From Gammaproteobacteria bacterium Ga0077554 (lineage in GTDB: Bacteria > Pseudomonadota > Gammaproteobacteria > Ga0077554 > Ga007554): 64,000 bases of DNA. The notes below the pieces were generated by a model that had not been told where the DNA came from, ran no database searches, and saw only the letters and a program-made list of their open reading frames with translations. Where the stretch lies: positions 79,107 through 143,106 of the forward strand of contig LNFF01000022.1 of NCBI GenBank assembly GCA_001464585.1, in the 5' to 3' direction. Below, piece after piece: positions 34,197 to 42,894 of this stretch; within the stretch, counting starts at the first letter, position 1, and each line of letters starts with the position of its first letter. The position numbers were made by a program, and so were the translations under genes.

Positions 34197-36746
34197 TCAT
34201 AGGCATTCTAATGGGGTGTTGGGATTTTTCGCCACTCGCATACGCACAACCAGGTCGTCATCCGCCGCGAGCTGCATGAGCACATCGGCCGGGGTAGTGG
34301 CATTCTCCGCTACACGCCGACGCACATGCTGGTCGTCGTCCGCCACGAGCCGCGTGAGCACCCCGACCGGAGTAGTGGCATTCCCCGCCACCTGCCAGCG
34401 CACATCCTGGTCGTCATCCGCCACGAGCCGCGTGAGCACCTCGGCCGGGGTATTGGCATTCCTCGCCACGCCCCCACGCACACGCGGGGCGTCGTCCGCC
34501 GCGAGCCCCGTGAGCACCTCGGCCGGGGTATTGGCATTCCTCGCCACGCCCCCACGCACACGCGGGTCGTCGTCTGCCACGAGCCCCGTGAGCACCTCAG
34601 CCGGAGTATTGGCATTCCACGACACCCGCTGGCGCACATCCTGGTCGTCATCCGCCGCGAGCCGTGTGAGCACCTCGGCCGGAGTATTGGCATTCCACGC
34701 CACCTGCCAGCGCACATCCTGGCCGTCATCCGCCGCGAGCCGCGTGAGCACCTCGACCGGAGTATTGGCATTCCCCGCCACCTGCCCGCGCACGTATCTG
34801 TGAGGATCTTTGGCTAGTTTACCCAAAACCTCACTCGGTGTTTGACTATCGGTTGCAATGGCAATCCTTCTCAGCCCAGACGTTTGACAGTGACCCCACA
34901 AATAGGTCTCGATCCCGTTGCCTTCCGCTGTCATCGCTACCCCGCTGCGCCGCCATACATGCAGGGCGGTGCGCAGTCCACTGAAGGTGCGCTCTTTTCC
35001 ATTAATGATGCGAACATGATAGCCCTGATCGATCAACCACTCCGTAGCCTCTTTACGTTGCCCGGCTGTGCTCAGGCTCCAGGTAAGCGCCAGTACTTCC
35101 TGATAATCGGGTTGTTGCCAATGGCGTTGAACTACGTCCACCAGACTACTTTGCTGAATATTGGCTTGCGCCAAACACCATTCCTGAAAGGTTAAATGCA
35201 GGAATTCATAATAGTGTCCATAATCTTTCAGTATGCCTGCCGTCACTGCCACGTTGCGGAGAGTATCGTTCGAAAAACCATCATCAAGTCGGTTATTTTT
35301 CAATGTGCGGTAGGCGTGATCCAATTCTCGTCGCGGTATTTCCGTAACACGTTGCACATTCCCGGAGGCCACCAGATGAACAAGCCACGCGTGCACCACA
35401 GAAAATGCCAGGCTATCGGTTTCTGCGGGGTGACGGTTTCTGCATAATTGATAAAATGCTTCCTGGTAAAACTGGGCGCGATTTTTGGGTAATTTAATCT
35501 CTTTGTCAGGTGGATTCACCAAGGCGATTAATGTCAGGAGTAAAGGATTCGCAGTCAGCTCGCTTACCTTGTCATCAGCTTGGAGTGTTTGCCACAGTTT
35601 GTCGGCCCACGCCCCATCCACTTGATTCAAGCGCTGCCGCATCATGCCACTATGACGGCTACCTTGCCACACGCCAACTAGAGCCAACAAAAAAGCACGC
35701 TGGTCACGGGGTAACATCCCCATCACGTAATGGACCTGATCATTGGCGATGTGTTTATCAAACTCACCGTAGTAGCTGGCGGTGCGGCAGGTGACAATTT
35801 TCAAACCCGGCAAGGCGGCTACTTGCTCAGCACTCCGTTGTGCCCCAGGCAGTTCGTCCCAGCCGTCCAGCAACCACAGGCGTGTCGTTTGCCCACCCTC
35901 TTCCGTGCGCGGCACCCGGCCAAGATCGCGCAACCGAAAGACGGCGATATCATCGCGGCGGCACCCTTGGTGCCAATGTTTTATGAGTGTGGTCTTACCG
36001 CTGCCTGGTTCACCCAATATTACGGATATGCCCGCGCTCTTTTGCAGACGCCGCTGCCAAACCACATCTGCATTTTCACGTTTAAAGCGCTGTTGCGACA
36101 CATGCTCGCCGGACTTTTGCCAGCCGAGGGGAAATTCAAGGGGATTACTTTTTTCTTCCTGGGGTGAACGCGTGTTTATCGACTGCCGAACCAACCGGCC
36201 GAGCTGTAACGGATGATAAAAAGAGGGGTAGAGTCCGTCGGGGCTGCTTTTAATCTCAGGCTGATAGAGGGAGGATTGTCCACGCTGTAATAACGTATCG
36301 ATCCCTTGATTCGCGCTGGCAATACCGCGTAAAACCATGTGTTCACGAAATTCATTGGTGCGGGATAGATTCTCTGCGAGCTGTTTGAGCAATCCTTCTG
36401 TTTCTGCTGTGAAATCGATATTGGCGGTAGATGAGCCCACAGCACGTTGCCATACCGAAGCGATTCGTTCGATATTAGGGCGCTTACTCACGTCCAGGAG
36501 TAACACCAGTTCATTCCGTACGGCATCGTCGAACAGTGGCCCTTCTTTTAATAACAATGCATCCGCCAACGCCTTTTTGGTTTCACCCGCATGTTCTTGA
36601 TACCATGTCAGGGTGTCCCGTAAGGCCGCTTCAAATACACGGCGCTCTTGCTGGTTCTTCAAGAGGTCGTTTAGTGAAGATTCACCCGCGTATCCCAGAA
36701 GAAACTCAGTGAGCTTTGCAACGATCGTTATTGTTATTGGATCCAT
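34197..36746 (-). CDS. STAND NTPase: N-terminal uncharacterised domain + NACHT + 8-9 C-terminal LRV/HEAT-like 23-aa repeats
   Basis: Walker A ILGEPGSGKTT, Walker B LWLLDGWDE, then repeats NANTPAEVLTRLAADDDQDVRWQVAW. Start ambiguous: TTG 36797 in track vs ATG 36746 with AAGGA upstream. Confidence 0.8.
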   Translation of the reverse strand: MDPITITIVAKLTEFLLGYAGESSLNDLLKNQQERRVFEAALRDTLTWYQEHAGETKKALADALLLKEGPLFDDAVRNELVLLLDVSKRPNIERIASVWQRAVGSSTANIDFTAETEGLLKQLAENLSRTNEFREHMVLRGIASANQGIDTLLQRGQSSLYQPEIKSSPDGLYPSFYHPLQLGRLVRQSINTRSPQEEKSNPLEFPLGWQKSGEHVSQQRFKRENADVVWQRRLQKSAGISVILGEPGSGKTTLIKHWHQGCRRDDIAVFRLRDLGRVPRTEEGGQTTRLWLLDGWDELPGAQRSAEQVAALPGLKIVTCRTASYYGEFDKHIANDQVHYVMGMLPRDQRAFLLALVGVWQGSRHSGMMRQRLNQVDGAWADKLWQTLQADDKVSELTANPLLLTLIALVNPPDKEIKLPKNRAQFYQEAFYQLCRNRHPAETDSLAFSVVHAWLVHLVASGNVQRVTEIPRRELDHAYRTLKNNRLDDGFSNDTLRNVAVTAGILKDYGHYYEFLHLTFQEWCLAQANIQQSSLVDVVQRHWQQPDYQEVLALTWSLSTAGQRKEATEWLIDQGYHVRIINGKERTFSGLRTALHVWRRSGVAMTAEGNGIETYLWGHCQTSGLRRIAIATDSQTPSEVLGKLAKDPHRYVRGQVAGNANTPVEVLTRLAADDGQDVRWQVAWNANTPAEVLTRLAADDDQDVRQRVSWNANTPAEVLTGLVADDDPRVRGGVARNANTPAEVLTGLAADDAPRVRGGVARNANTPAEVLTRLVADDDQDVRWQVAGNATTPVGVLTRLVADDDQHVRRRVAENATTPADVLMQLAADDDLVVRMRVAKNPNTPLECL
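34216..34820. repeat. Near-identical 69-bp tandem DNA repeats (~9 units) encoding the LRV-type repeats of the NACHT protein
   Basis: Period-69 units such as cgcgagccgcgtgagcacctcggccggggtattggcattcc...; produce spurious ORFs on both strands in all frames (34216..34803+, 34310..34771-, 34326..34817+). Confidence 0.85.
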
Positions 36747-36940
36747 TGATGCAGAATGTTCCTTAAACACTTGCCTTTCAGGGAGGGTTACACCCAATTA
36801 CTTTACCATGACATGAAGAAAAATAGTGCGTGGGACGCGGGGGAAATAGCAAAATCAATCCATAAAAAAAGACCCGCCGGCAGTAAATCCGGGGGTCTCT
36901 TGGTGCGAGGTTGAATGATTAACTTCTAAAATAAAAATCC

Positions 36941-37086
36941 CCGTAGTAAGCTGCGGGGTATTTCTATGTCATTCCGGACACAGCGAGAAATCTTAAACAA
37001 GATCCCTCTCTTCGTTCGGGATGACAATAAACGCAGCAAGCTGCGGGGAGAGCGTAGCGAGGGAGAGCCAAACCCGAAGAGATTGA
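36941..37086. repeat. Family-A composite repeat R5; right boundary of NACHT cassette
   Basis: ccgtagtaagctgcggggtatttctat gtcattccggacacagcgagaaatc ttaaacaagatccctctcttcgttcgggatgacaataaacgcagcaagctgcggggagagcgtagcgaggg...aaacccgaagagattga. Confidence 0.7.
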
Positions 37087-37115
37087 TACCACTTTACACC
37101 CAGCCAGACCAATCT

Positions 37116-37874
37116 TTACTTCGCCAGCCAGATCAAACTCGCCATTCTGCCCGTAATGCTGTCACGCCGAAAAGAGTAAAAGCGTTGCGCGTCGGTGTAG
37201 GTGCATTCGCCGCCGCCATATACCGCTGTGACGCCCTGACGCGCCAGGCGTTGTCGGGCGAGCTGGTAGATGTCTGCAAGCCAACGTCCAGTAGGCGCAG
37301 GTTTAAAGGCATCTACTGCCTGCGGGTCGTGCGCCATGAATATCTCACGCACTTCTGCGCCTACTTCAAAGGCTTGTGGGCCGATGGCCGGGCCCAGCCA
37401 CGCCATGAAGCTTTCCGGGGGGGCGTCGAGCGCGGCCAGTGTGGTTTCTATGACGCCATTGGCCAGGCCGCGCCAGCCAGCATGCGCGGCGGCAACTTTG
37501 CTGCCTTCGCGGTTACATAGCAACACGGGCAGGCAATCTGCCGTCAATACGGCGCACACGACGCCTGCTTCGATAGTGTAACTGCCATCGGCGGTGCAAC
37601 CTACTGTAACCTCGGCGGCATTCACAATCTGCGTGTCATGCACTTGATTCAGCCATACCGGCGCGGCAGGCAGGTTCAGACGACGCTTCAACTGCGCGCG
37701 ATTAACAGCGACGTCCTGCGCGACATCGCCCACATGATCACCCAGGTTGAAACCCGCATAGGGAGCCCGGCTCACACCGCCGAGGCGGGTGGTGGTGTAT
37801 GCCTGCACATTAGCGGGCGCGGGCCAGTCGGGAATGATCCAGTCAGTACTATTCTTCATGGGCAACCCGGTCAT
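37116..37874 (-). CDS. pgeF: Peptidoglycan editing factor PgeF (YfiH family)
   Basis: YfiH motifs (NLG...GD, QVHD, CxxxxLLC, HAGWRG); start may be the ATG at 37859; rluD-pgeF pair. Confidence 0.8.
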   Translation of the reverse strand: MTGLPMKNSTDWIIPDWPAPANVQAYTTTRLGGVSRAPYAGFNLGDHVGDVAQDVAVNRAQLKRRLNLPAAPVWLNQVHDTQIVNAAEVTVGCTADGSYTIEAGVVCAVLTADCLPVLLCNREGSKVAAAHAGWRGLANGVIETTLAALDAPPESFMAWLGPAIGPQAFEVGAEVREIFMAHDPQAVDAFKPAPTGRWLADIYQLARQRLARQGVTAVYGGGECTYTDAQRFYSFRRDSITGRMASLIWLAK

Positions 37875-38811
37875 CGTGCAGTGCTTTAATCAGCGTGGTC
37901 ATGTCATCGGGTAACGGCGCGTGCCATTCCATCGGCTCACCGCTTTCAGGGTGCTGCAATGCCAGCCGCGCGGCATGCAATGCCTGGCGCTTGAAGGTGC
38001 GTAGCGTGGCCATTAATGATTCGCTGCTGCCGGGTGGAATGCGCAAACGTCCGCCGTACACCGGATCACCCAGCAAGGGGTGATGAATATAGGCCATGTG
38101 TACGCGAATCTGATGGGTACGGCCAGTTTCCAGATGTACTTTAATATGGGTGTGGATGCGGAAGCGTTCAGCCACGCGGTAATGACTCACGGCGGGTTTG
38201 CCGCTGCGGGTTACGGCCATGCGCTTGCGGTCTACGGCATGGCGGCCAATCGGCGCGTCAACGCTGCCGCCCGAGGTCATCACGCCCATCGCTACCGCTT
38301 CATATTCACGCTCAATGCTGCGTTCCTGGAGTTGTTGCACCAGATCGGCCTGCGCGGTGAGGGTGCGCGCCACCACCAGCAGACCGCTGGTTTCCTTGTC
38401 GATGCGATGCACAATTCCGGCACGCGGCACATGCACCAGCTCGGGGGCGTAGTGCAGCAATGCGTTGAGCATGGTGCCATCATGGTTCCCCGCCGCCGGA
38501 TGCACCACCAGTCCGGCAGGTTTGTTGATCACCAGCAAATGTTCGTCTTCATACACGATGTGCAGCGGGATGGCCTGGGGCAGCGAGGTCACTTCCTCGG
38601 CCAGCGTGGCGGTAAGCTCAATCTGTTCACCGCCCACCACTTTGTCTTTGGCGCGCCACTGACGGGCGTCCACCGTCACCTGACCACCGCGTATCCATTG
38701 TTGCAGACGCGCGCGCGAATAGCTGGCAAACATCTCGGCCAATGCCTGATCAAGGCGCATGCCCGCCAGCGCGTCCGGAACGCGTGAAGATAAATGTTCT
38801 GTATTGGTCAT
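37849..38811 (-). CDS. rluD: 23S rRNA pseudouridine synthase RluD
   Basis: S4 domain + catalytic HRIDKETSGLLVVA. Confidence 0.9.
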   Translation of the reverse strand: MTNTEHLSSRVPDALAGMRLDQALAEMFASYSRARLQQWIRGGQVTVDARQWRAKDKVVGGEQIELTATLAEEVTSLPQAIPLHIVYEDEHLLVINKPAGLVVHPAAGNHDGTMLNALLHYAPELVHVPRAGIVHRIDKETSGLLVVARTLTAQADLVQQLQERSIEREYEAVAMGVMTSGGSVDAPIGRHAVDRKRMAVTRSGKPAVSHYRVAERFRIHTHIKVHLETGRTHQIRVHMAYIHHPLLGDPVYGGRLRIPPGSSESLMATLRTFKRQALHAARLALQHPESGEPMEWHAPLPDDMTTLIKALHDDRVAHEE

Positions 38812-38890
38812 TCCGTATGAGTGGTATAATGGGGCACGAAAATCACGTCTAACTCCTTTGCACTAAACTTAAGAGATTCATTTTACCACG

Positions 38891-39946
38891 ATGCGTTTAG
38901 CTAACCTGCTGTTTCTTACTTTCATGGTGTCTTGCGCTATCGGCTGCGCACCTTCAAAATCCACAATAGCTGCTGAAAAACCACACGATACAACAAAAGA
39001 AGCGGCGGTTGCGGATCTCCAGCTTTATAACCAGGCCAAAGCCGCCCTGCTCACTGGCAACTACCCGCAGGCCGCCACCCACTTGGGCACGCTAGCGATC
39101 CGCCATCCCCTCAATAATTACGCCCAGCAAGCCCTGTTGGAAACCGCCGCAGACAGCGTTAAACGTGGGCAGGCCGCAACAACCATCGCGGACGCTGAAA
39201 AATTCATCAGCCAAAACCCCAATCACCCGCACGTAGATTACGCCTATTATCATCGTGGGCTGGTAGCATTTTATGACAGCCTGCCGGCACTGGAAGCAGC
39301 GGATCCCGCCACCATCACACCCCAGGCATCAGCACCCGTACGGCGTGCGTTTCAATATCTGGCCGAGCTATTGCGGAATACCCCCAGCAGCGCATTTGCA
39401 GCCGATACCACGCAGCGCATGCTGCATATTCGCAACACCCTGGCCCGGCATGAAGTCGCTATTGCCAAACATTATCTGACACAGGGCGACCCTGCCCGCG
39501 CGGCGGCACGCGCCAACTATGTTGTGCGGAATTATCAGCCATCGCCTGCCGTTGCAGATGCCTTGGCGATATTAACCCAGGCCAATGCCGCAGCCCTAAA
39601 AGCACCTGAACCTCCGGTTGATGCGGATGCTGGTGCGGCAGCACCTCAAGACACCGCACCCTTATCAAACAAGGGCTGGTTACTGTCACAAAATCCCGAG
39701 CACTACACCTTGCAGATCTTCACCACCAGCAACGAAAAATTCATAAAAAATCATATCGCCAAGCATCAACTGACAGGCAAGGCAGATTATTTCCGCAGCG
39801 GCGCCGACACCTACGCGTTGGTCTATGGGGCTTACCCCACCAAAAACGCAGCACAAGACGCTGCGACACAACTTCCCCGATACTTAATTGCAGGCAAGCC
39901 ATGGATACGCAGTTTTAAATCCATCCACGCGAGCCTTAAGCAGTAG
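38891..39946 (+). CDS. BamD-like TPR lipoprotein fused to a C-terminal SPOR domain
   Basis: Lipobox CAIGC; central region paralogous to the downstream bamD (NPNHPHVDYAYYHRGLVAF vs YPRHPNVDYAYYVKGLAGF); C-terminal HYTLQIFTTSNEKFIKNHI...ADTYALVYGAYPTKNAAQDA resembles SPOR. Confidence 0.65.
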   Translation: MRLANLLFLTFMVSCAIGCAPSKSTIAAEKPHDTTKEAAVADLQLYNQAKAALLTGNYPQAATHLGTLAIRHPLNNYAQQALLETAADSVKRGQAATTIADAEKFISQNPNHPHVDYAYYHRGLVAFYDSLPALEAADPATITPQASAPVRRAFQYLAELLRNTPSSAFAADTTQRMLHIRNTLARHEVAIAKHYLTQGDPARAAARANYVVRNYQPSPAVADALAILTQANAAALKAPEPPVDADAGAAAPQDTAPLSNKGWLLSQNPEHYTLQIFTTSNEKFIKNHIAKHQLTGKADYFRSGADTYALVYGAYPTKNAAQDAATQLPRYLIAGKPWIRSFKSIHASLKQ

Positions 39947-39992
39947 TTATGATACTTCACACCCTAACCGGCACAGGAAAAACTCACATCTT

Positions 39993-40784
39993 ATGAATCT
40001 GCGTCATCTGTTACTGATCTTGATCATCACTTTAACTCCAGGCGCATGCGCTACATTAGAGGATCAAAGCGATGACACCAAAAACTGGTCCGCCAGCCGC
40101 CTCTACGAGCGCGCCAAAGAAAAGCTCAACAATGGCGATTACGAAAAAGCCATAAAAGATTTGGAAGACCTGGTATCACGCTATCCTTTCGGCCCGTATG
40201 CACAACAAGCACAACTCGATATCGCCTACGCCTACTATAAATATGACGAAGCGGATTCCGCTGTAGCCGCCGCCGATCATTTCATTAAACTTTACCCGCG
40301 CCACCCCAATGTGGATTACGCCTATTATGTAAAAGGCCTGGCCGGATTTAACCGCAGCATCGGCAACCTGGAACGCATGCTCGGGCAAGAGGCATCTGAA
40401 CGCGACCCGCGCGCCGCGCGCGAATCACTGCAACATTTCTCGCAACTGGTTAAACTGTTCCCCGGCAGTAAATACGCGCCCGATGCTACGCAGCGGATAT
40501 TATATCTCTACAACACGCTGGCGAGTTATGAAATACATGTAGCCACTTACTACATGAAACGTCGCGCTTATGTAGCCGCTGTTAATCGCGCCAAATATGT
40601 CCTTGAAAACTACCCCACCACACCCGCCACACCGGATGCGCTGGGCATCATGGCCAAGGCCTACAAATTGCTGGGCATGAATGATTTATCCGATGATGCA
40701 CTGCGTGTACTCGAACTGAATTATCCGCAAAACCCATACCTCACCGAGGTGCGAAAGATGAAGGTTAAAATTAAATCAGGCTAA
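39993..40784 (+). CDS. bamD: Outer-membrane protein assembly factor BamD
   Basis: Lipoprotein signal MNLRHLLLILIITLTPGACA; TPR BamD sequence; start ATG 39993 with AGGAAA upstream; divergent from rluD as in E. coli. Confidence 0.85.
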   Translation: MNLRHLLLILIITLTPGACATLEDQSDDTKNWSASRLYERAKEKLNNGDYEKAIKDLEDLVSRYPFGPYAQQAQLDIAYAYYKYDEADSAVAAADHFIKLYPRHPNVDYAYYVKGLAGFNRSIGNLERMLGQEASERDPRAARESLQHFSQLVKLFPGSKYAPDATQRILYLYNTLASYEIHVATYYMKRRAYVAAVNRAKYVLENYPTTPATPDALGIMAKAYKLLGMNDLSDDALRVLELNYPQNPYLTEVRKMKVKIKSG

Positions 40785-40796
40785 AGGAGGCTACTC

Positions 40797-41318
40797 ATGT
40801 GGGACTTTTTTGGAACCGTGCGTCACCGTCATTCGGTACGTAAATATCAAACCGACATCGCTGTAGAACGCGAAAAATTGCACGCCATTCTCGAAATGGC
40901 CTGCGCCGCACCCTCTGCTGGTGACCTGCAAGCCTACCAGATCATCGTCGTCAGCACTCCCGCCGAACGCGATGGTTTACGCACTGCCGCTGGCGGGCAA
41001 GCGTTTCTCTCGGAAGCCCCAATCTGCCTGGTATTTTGCGCCGACCCCGAAGCCTCCGCCAAACAATATGGCGAACGCGGCCGCTCACTGTACGCCATAC
41101 AAGACGCCACCATCGCCGCCGCTTACGCACAGCTTGCCGTTGTCGCTGCGGGCATGGGTTCTACCTGGGTCGGAGCGTTTGATGAAGCGGCGGTAAAAGA
41201 ATTGCTGGGTATACCCGCACACCAACGCCCCGTCGCGCTGCTGAGCATCGGCTATCCTGCCGAAATGCCCGAGCCAACGTCACGCCGACACTTGAGTGAG
41301 ATTGTGCAATACCGATAA
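40797..41318 (+). CDS. Nitroreductase-family protein
   Basis: HSVRKY ... nitroreductase fold motifs. Confidence 0.75.
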   Translation: MWDFFGTVRHRHSVRKYQTDIAVEREKLHAILEMACAAPSAGDLQAYQIIVVSTPAERDGLRTAAGGQAFLSEAPICLVFCADPEASAKQYGERGRSLYAIQDATIAAAYAQLAVVAAGMGSTWVGAFDEAAVKELLGIPAHQRPVALLSIGYPAEMPEPTSRRHLSEIVQYR

Positions 41319-41357
41319 AGACGCGTTGCGGTTTTGGATTTGGGAACAGGCGCCGGA

Positions 41358-42074
41358 TCATCCATCTTCATCTCGCGCCAGGAATGGCATGAACAGATGT
41401 CGAATCTCATCCAGTGAATCAGCAATCGTATAGGGCACTATCTTGGCAAAACTGTCCAGCAGAACCACGGCGTTGACGGCGGCGTCTTGCTGGCTGGCCG
41501 CGCGTAGCCGTGCCGCCAGTGCAGTATTGACAATCTGGAGATTGCGGTAGATTTTCACCAGCCCTTCCATATCAAGGTCTGCTTCGCCCCCTTGTTTGCG
41601 TATGAAATATTGTGCCAACAAATACATTGAACTCGCGCGGTAGATGGTTTCAGCCTCACTTGCGAAAGGCAGATGAAAACGCGCCATGGGTTTGAAAAAG
41701 CCCGTGTGAGGACAGCCGCTGGTGGCGACGATCAAGCCCAGCAGAGAGCTGATTCCGGCTTGTGCAGTGGTATCTTTGGAAACGGTGCGTTCGGGAGTGG
41801 TGACATCCAGGCGCACTTTTTCATAAGACACCAAGCCGCTGCATCCTTCCATCAATTTGATGAGATTGAGAGCCACCGGACAATAGGGTGAGATCGATGG
41901 ATCCAAGGGGCAGTTGGAACATTGATGGAATGCCAGCGCCGTCCAGTCTGGGTGATGGTCTGTAGAATCGTCTATCTGGTTCAGCGTGGATGGATCGAGT
42001 TTGACGTCAAAATCCAGGTGGCTACCATTCTGAAGCGAAAAATGGTATCTAATATCCAAGGGGAGTTCATTCAA
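41358..42074 (-). CDS. Hypothetical Cys-motif protein (CSNC...YCP...SGCPH)
   Basis: 238-aa intact ORF downstream of the REC/HD-GYP/HK genes, separated from them by MITE R6. Confidence 0.4.
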   Translation of the reverse strand: MNELPLDIRYHFSLQNGSHLDFDVKLDPSTLNQIDDSTDHHPDWTALAFHQCSNCPLDPSISPYCPVALNLIKLMEGCSGLVSYEKVRLDVTTPERTVSKDTTAQAGISSLLGLIVATSGCPHTGFFKPMARFHLPFASEAETIYRASSMYLLAQYFIRKQGGEADLDMEGLVKIYRNLQIVNTALAARLRAASQQDAAVNAVVLLDSFAKIVPYTIADSLDEIRHLFMPFLARDEDG

Positions 42075-42145
42075 GGTGCACCTGTTCCATTCCCAATATT
42101 TCGCTGATGTTCAAGTGATGGTCTTGTAAAAAATCAAAAAAGTCT

Positions 42146-42310
42146 GTCATTTCGACCAGCGGGAGAAATCTTGTAAGATCCCTCACTACGTTCGGGATGA
42201 CAGCTATTTTTGCGTTCGAGACAAGGATTTCTCGGCAACCGCTCCCGGCGTTGCTCTACCTTCCGCCATCCATGGGGGGCGCATGCAGTCATCCCGCTGG
42301 TCGAAATGAC
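42146..42310. mobile_element. Family-A MITE-like element R6 with perfect 19-bp terminal inverted repeats
   Basis: gtcatttcgaccagcggga ... tcccgctggtcgaaatgac; internal modules shared with R1/R2/R7 (aagatccctcactacgttcgggatgacag; gcgttcgagacaaggatttctcgg; cttccgccatccatgg). Confidence 0.65.
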
Positions 42311-42336
42311 AGGCTTTTGTGACTTTTTACAGTGCA

Positions 42337-42894
42337 TCAAGTATCATTTTCTTCCAGAATTATCGAGCCATCTTCCCCCCAGTTTACCCTGACCAGGTCG
42401 GGATATTCAGCCTCCAGTTTTTGCAGAGCGGTCTTTTGTCGATCGAGTTCTTTTCTTTGGGCGCGCACCTGATCTGCAAGACGGCGGTTTTCCACCAAAA
42501 CAGCGCGATGTTCCAGGGCATGGTATACACAAAGCGTTAAATCAGGGTCATTCCACGGCTTACTGATGAAGCGAAAAATTTCGGCGGCATTGACAGCCCC
42601 TATCAGTCCTTCCAGATCGGCATGGCCGCTGATGATGATACGCATAGCGTCAGGTTGTAATTTTTTCATTTCAGACAAGAGTCTGATGCCATCCATTTCA
42701 GGCATCCGATAGTCCGATATCACCAGATCAAAATTGGTTGTTTGCGCCCGGCGCAAAGCCTCGTGTGGATGGGAAAATAGTTCTATTTCAGCATCGCTTG
42801 CCGCCAGCGCACGGCGTAATGCACGCGATACATTTTCTTCATCATCAACTATCATGATCCGGTGCATGGCGAACCTCTCATTTTGTTTCGACAT
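42337..42894 (-). CDS. Single-domain response regulator (REC)
   Basis: IMIVDDEENV ... DLVISDYRMPEMDG ... KPW; may start at internal MHRIM (42867). Confidence 0.75.
   Translation of the reverse strand: MSKQNERFAMHRIMIVDDEENVSRALRRALAASDAEIELFSHPHEALRRAQTTNFDLVISDYRMPEMDGIRLLSEMKKLQPDAMRIIISGHADLEGLIGAVNAAEIFRFISKPWNDPDLTLCVYHALEHRAVLVENRRLADQVRAQRKELDRQKTALQKLEAEYPDLVRVNWGEDGSIILEENDT

Noticed and set aside
34216-34817. Three long ORFs (34216..34803+, 34310..34771-, 34326..34817+) with repetitive translations
   Set aside because: Artefacts of the 69-bp tandem repeats, which keep all frames open; the real gene is the minus-strand NACHT-LRV protein whose repeats align with NTPase upstream context.
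34216-34820. Possible CRISPR array (regular direct repeats)
   Set aside because: Units are contiguous with no spacers, are in frame within a long CDS and encode a protein repeat; no cas genes.
42134-42340. 68-aa minus-strand ORF spanning MITE R6
   Set aside because: Lies entirely within a terminal-inverted-repeat element; no RBS; composition driven by repeat.
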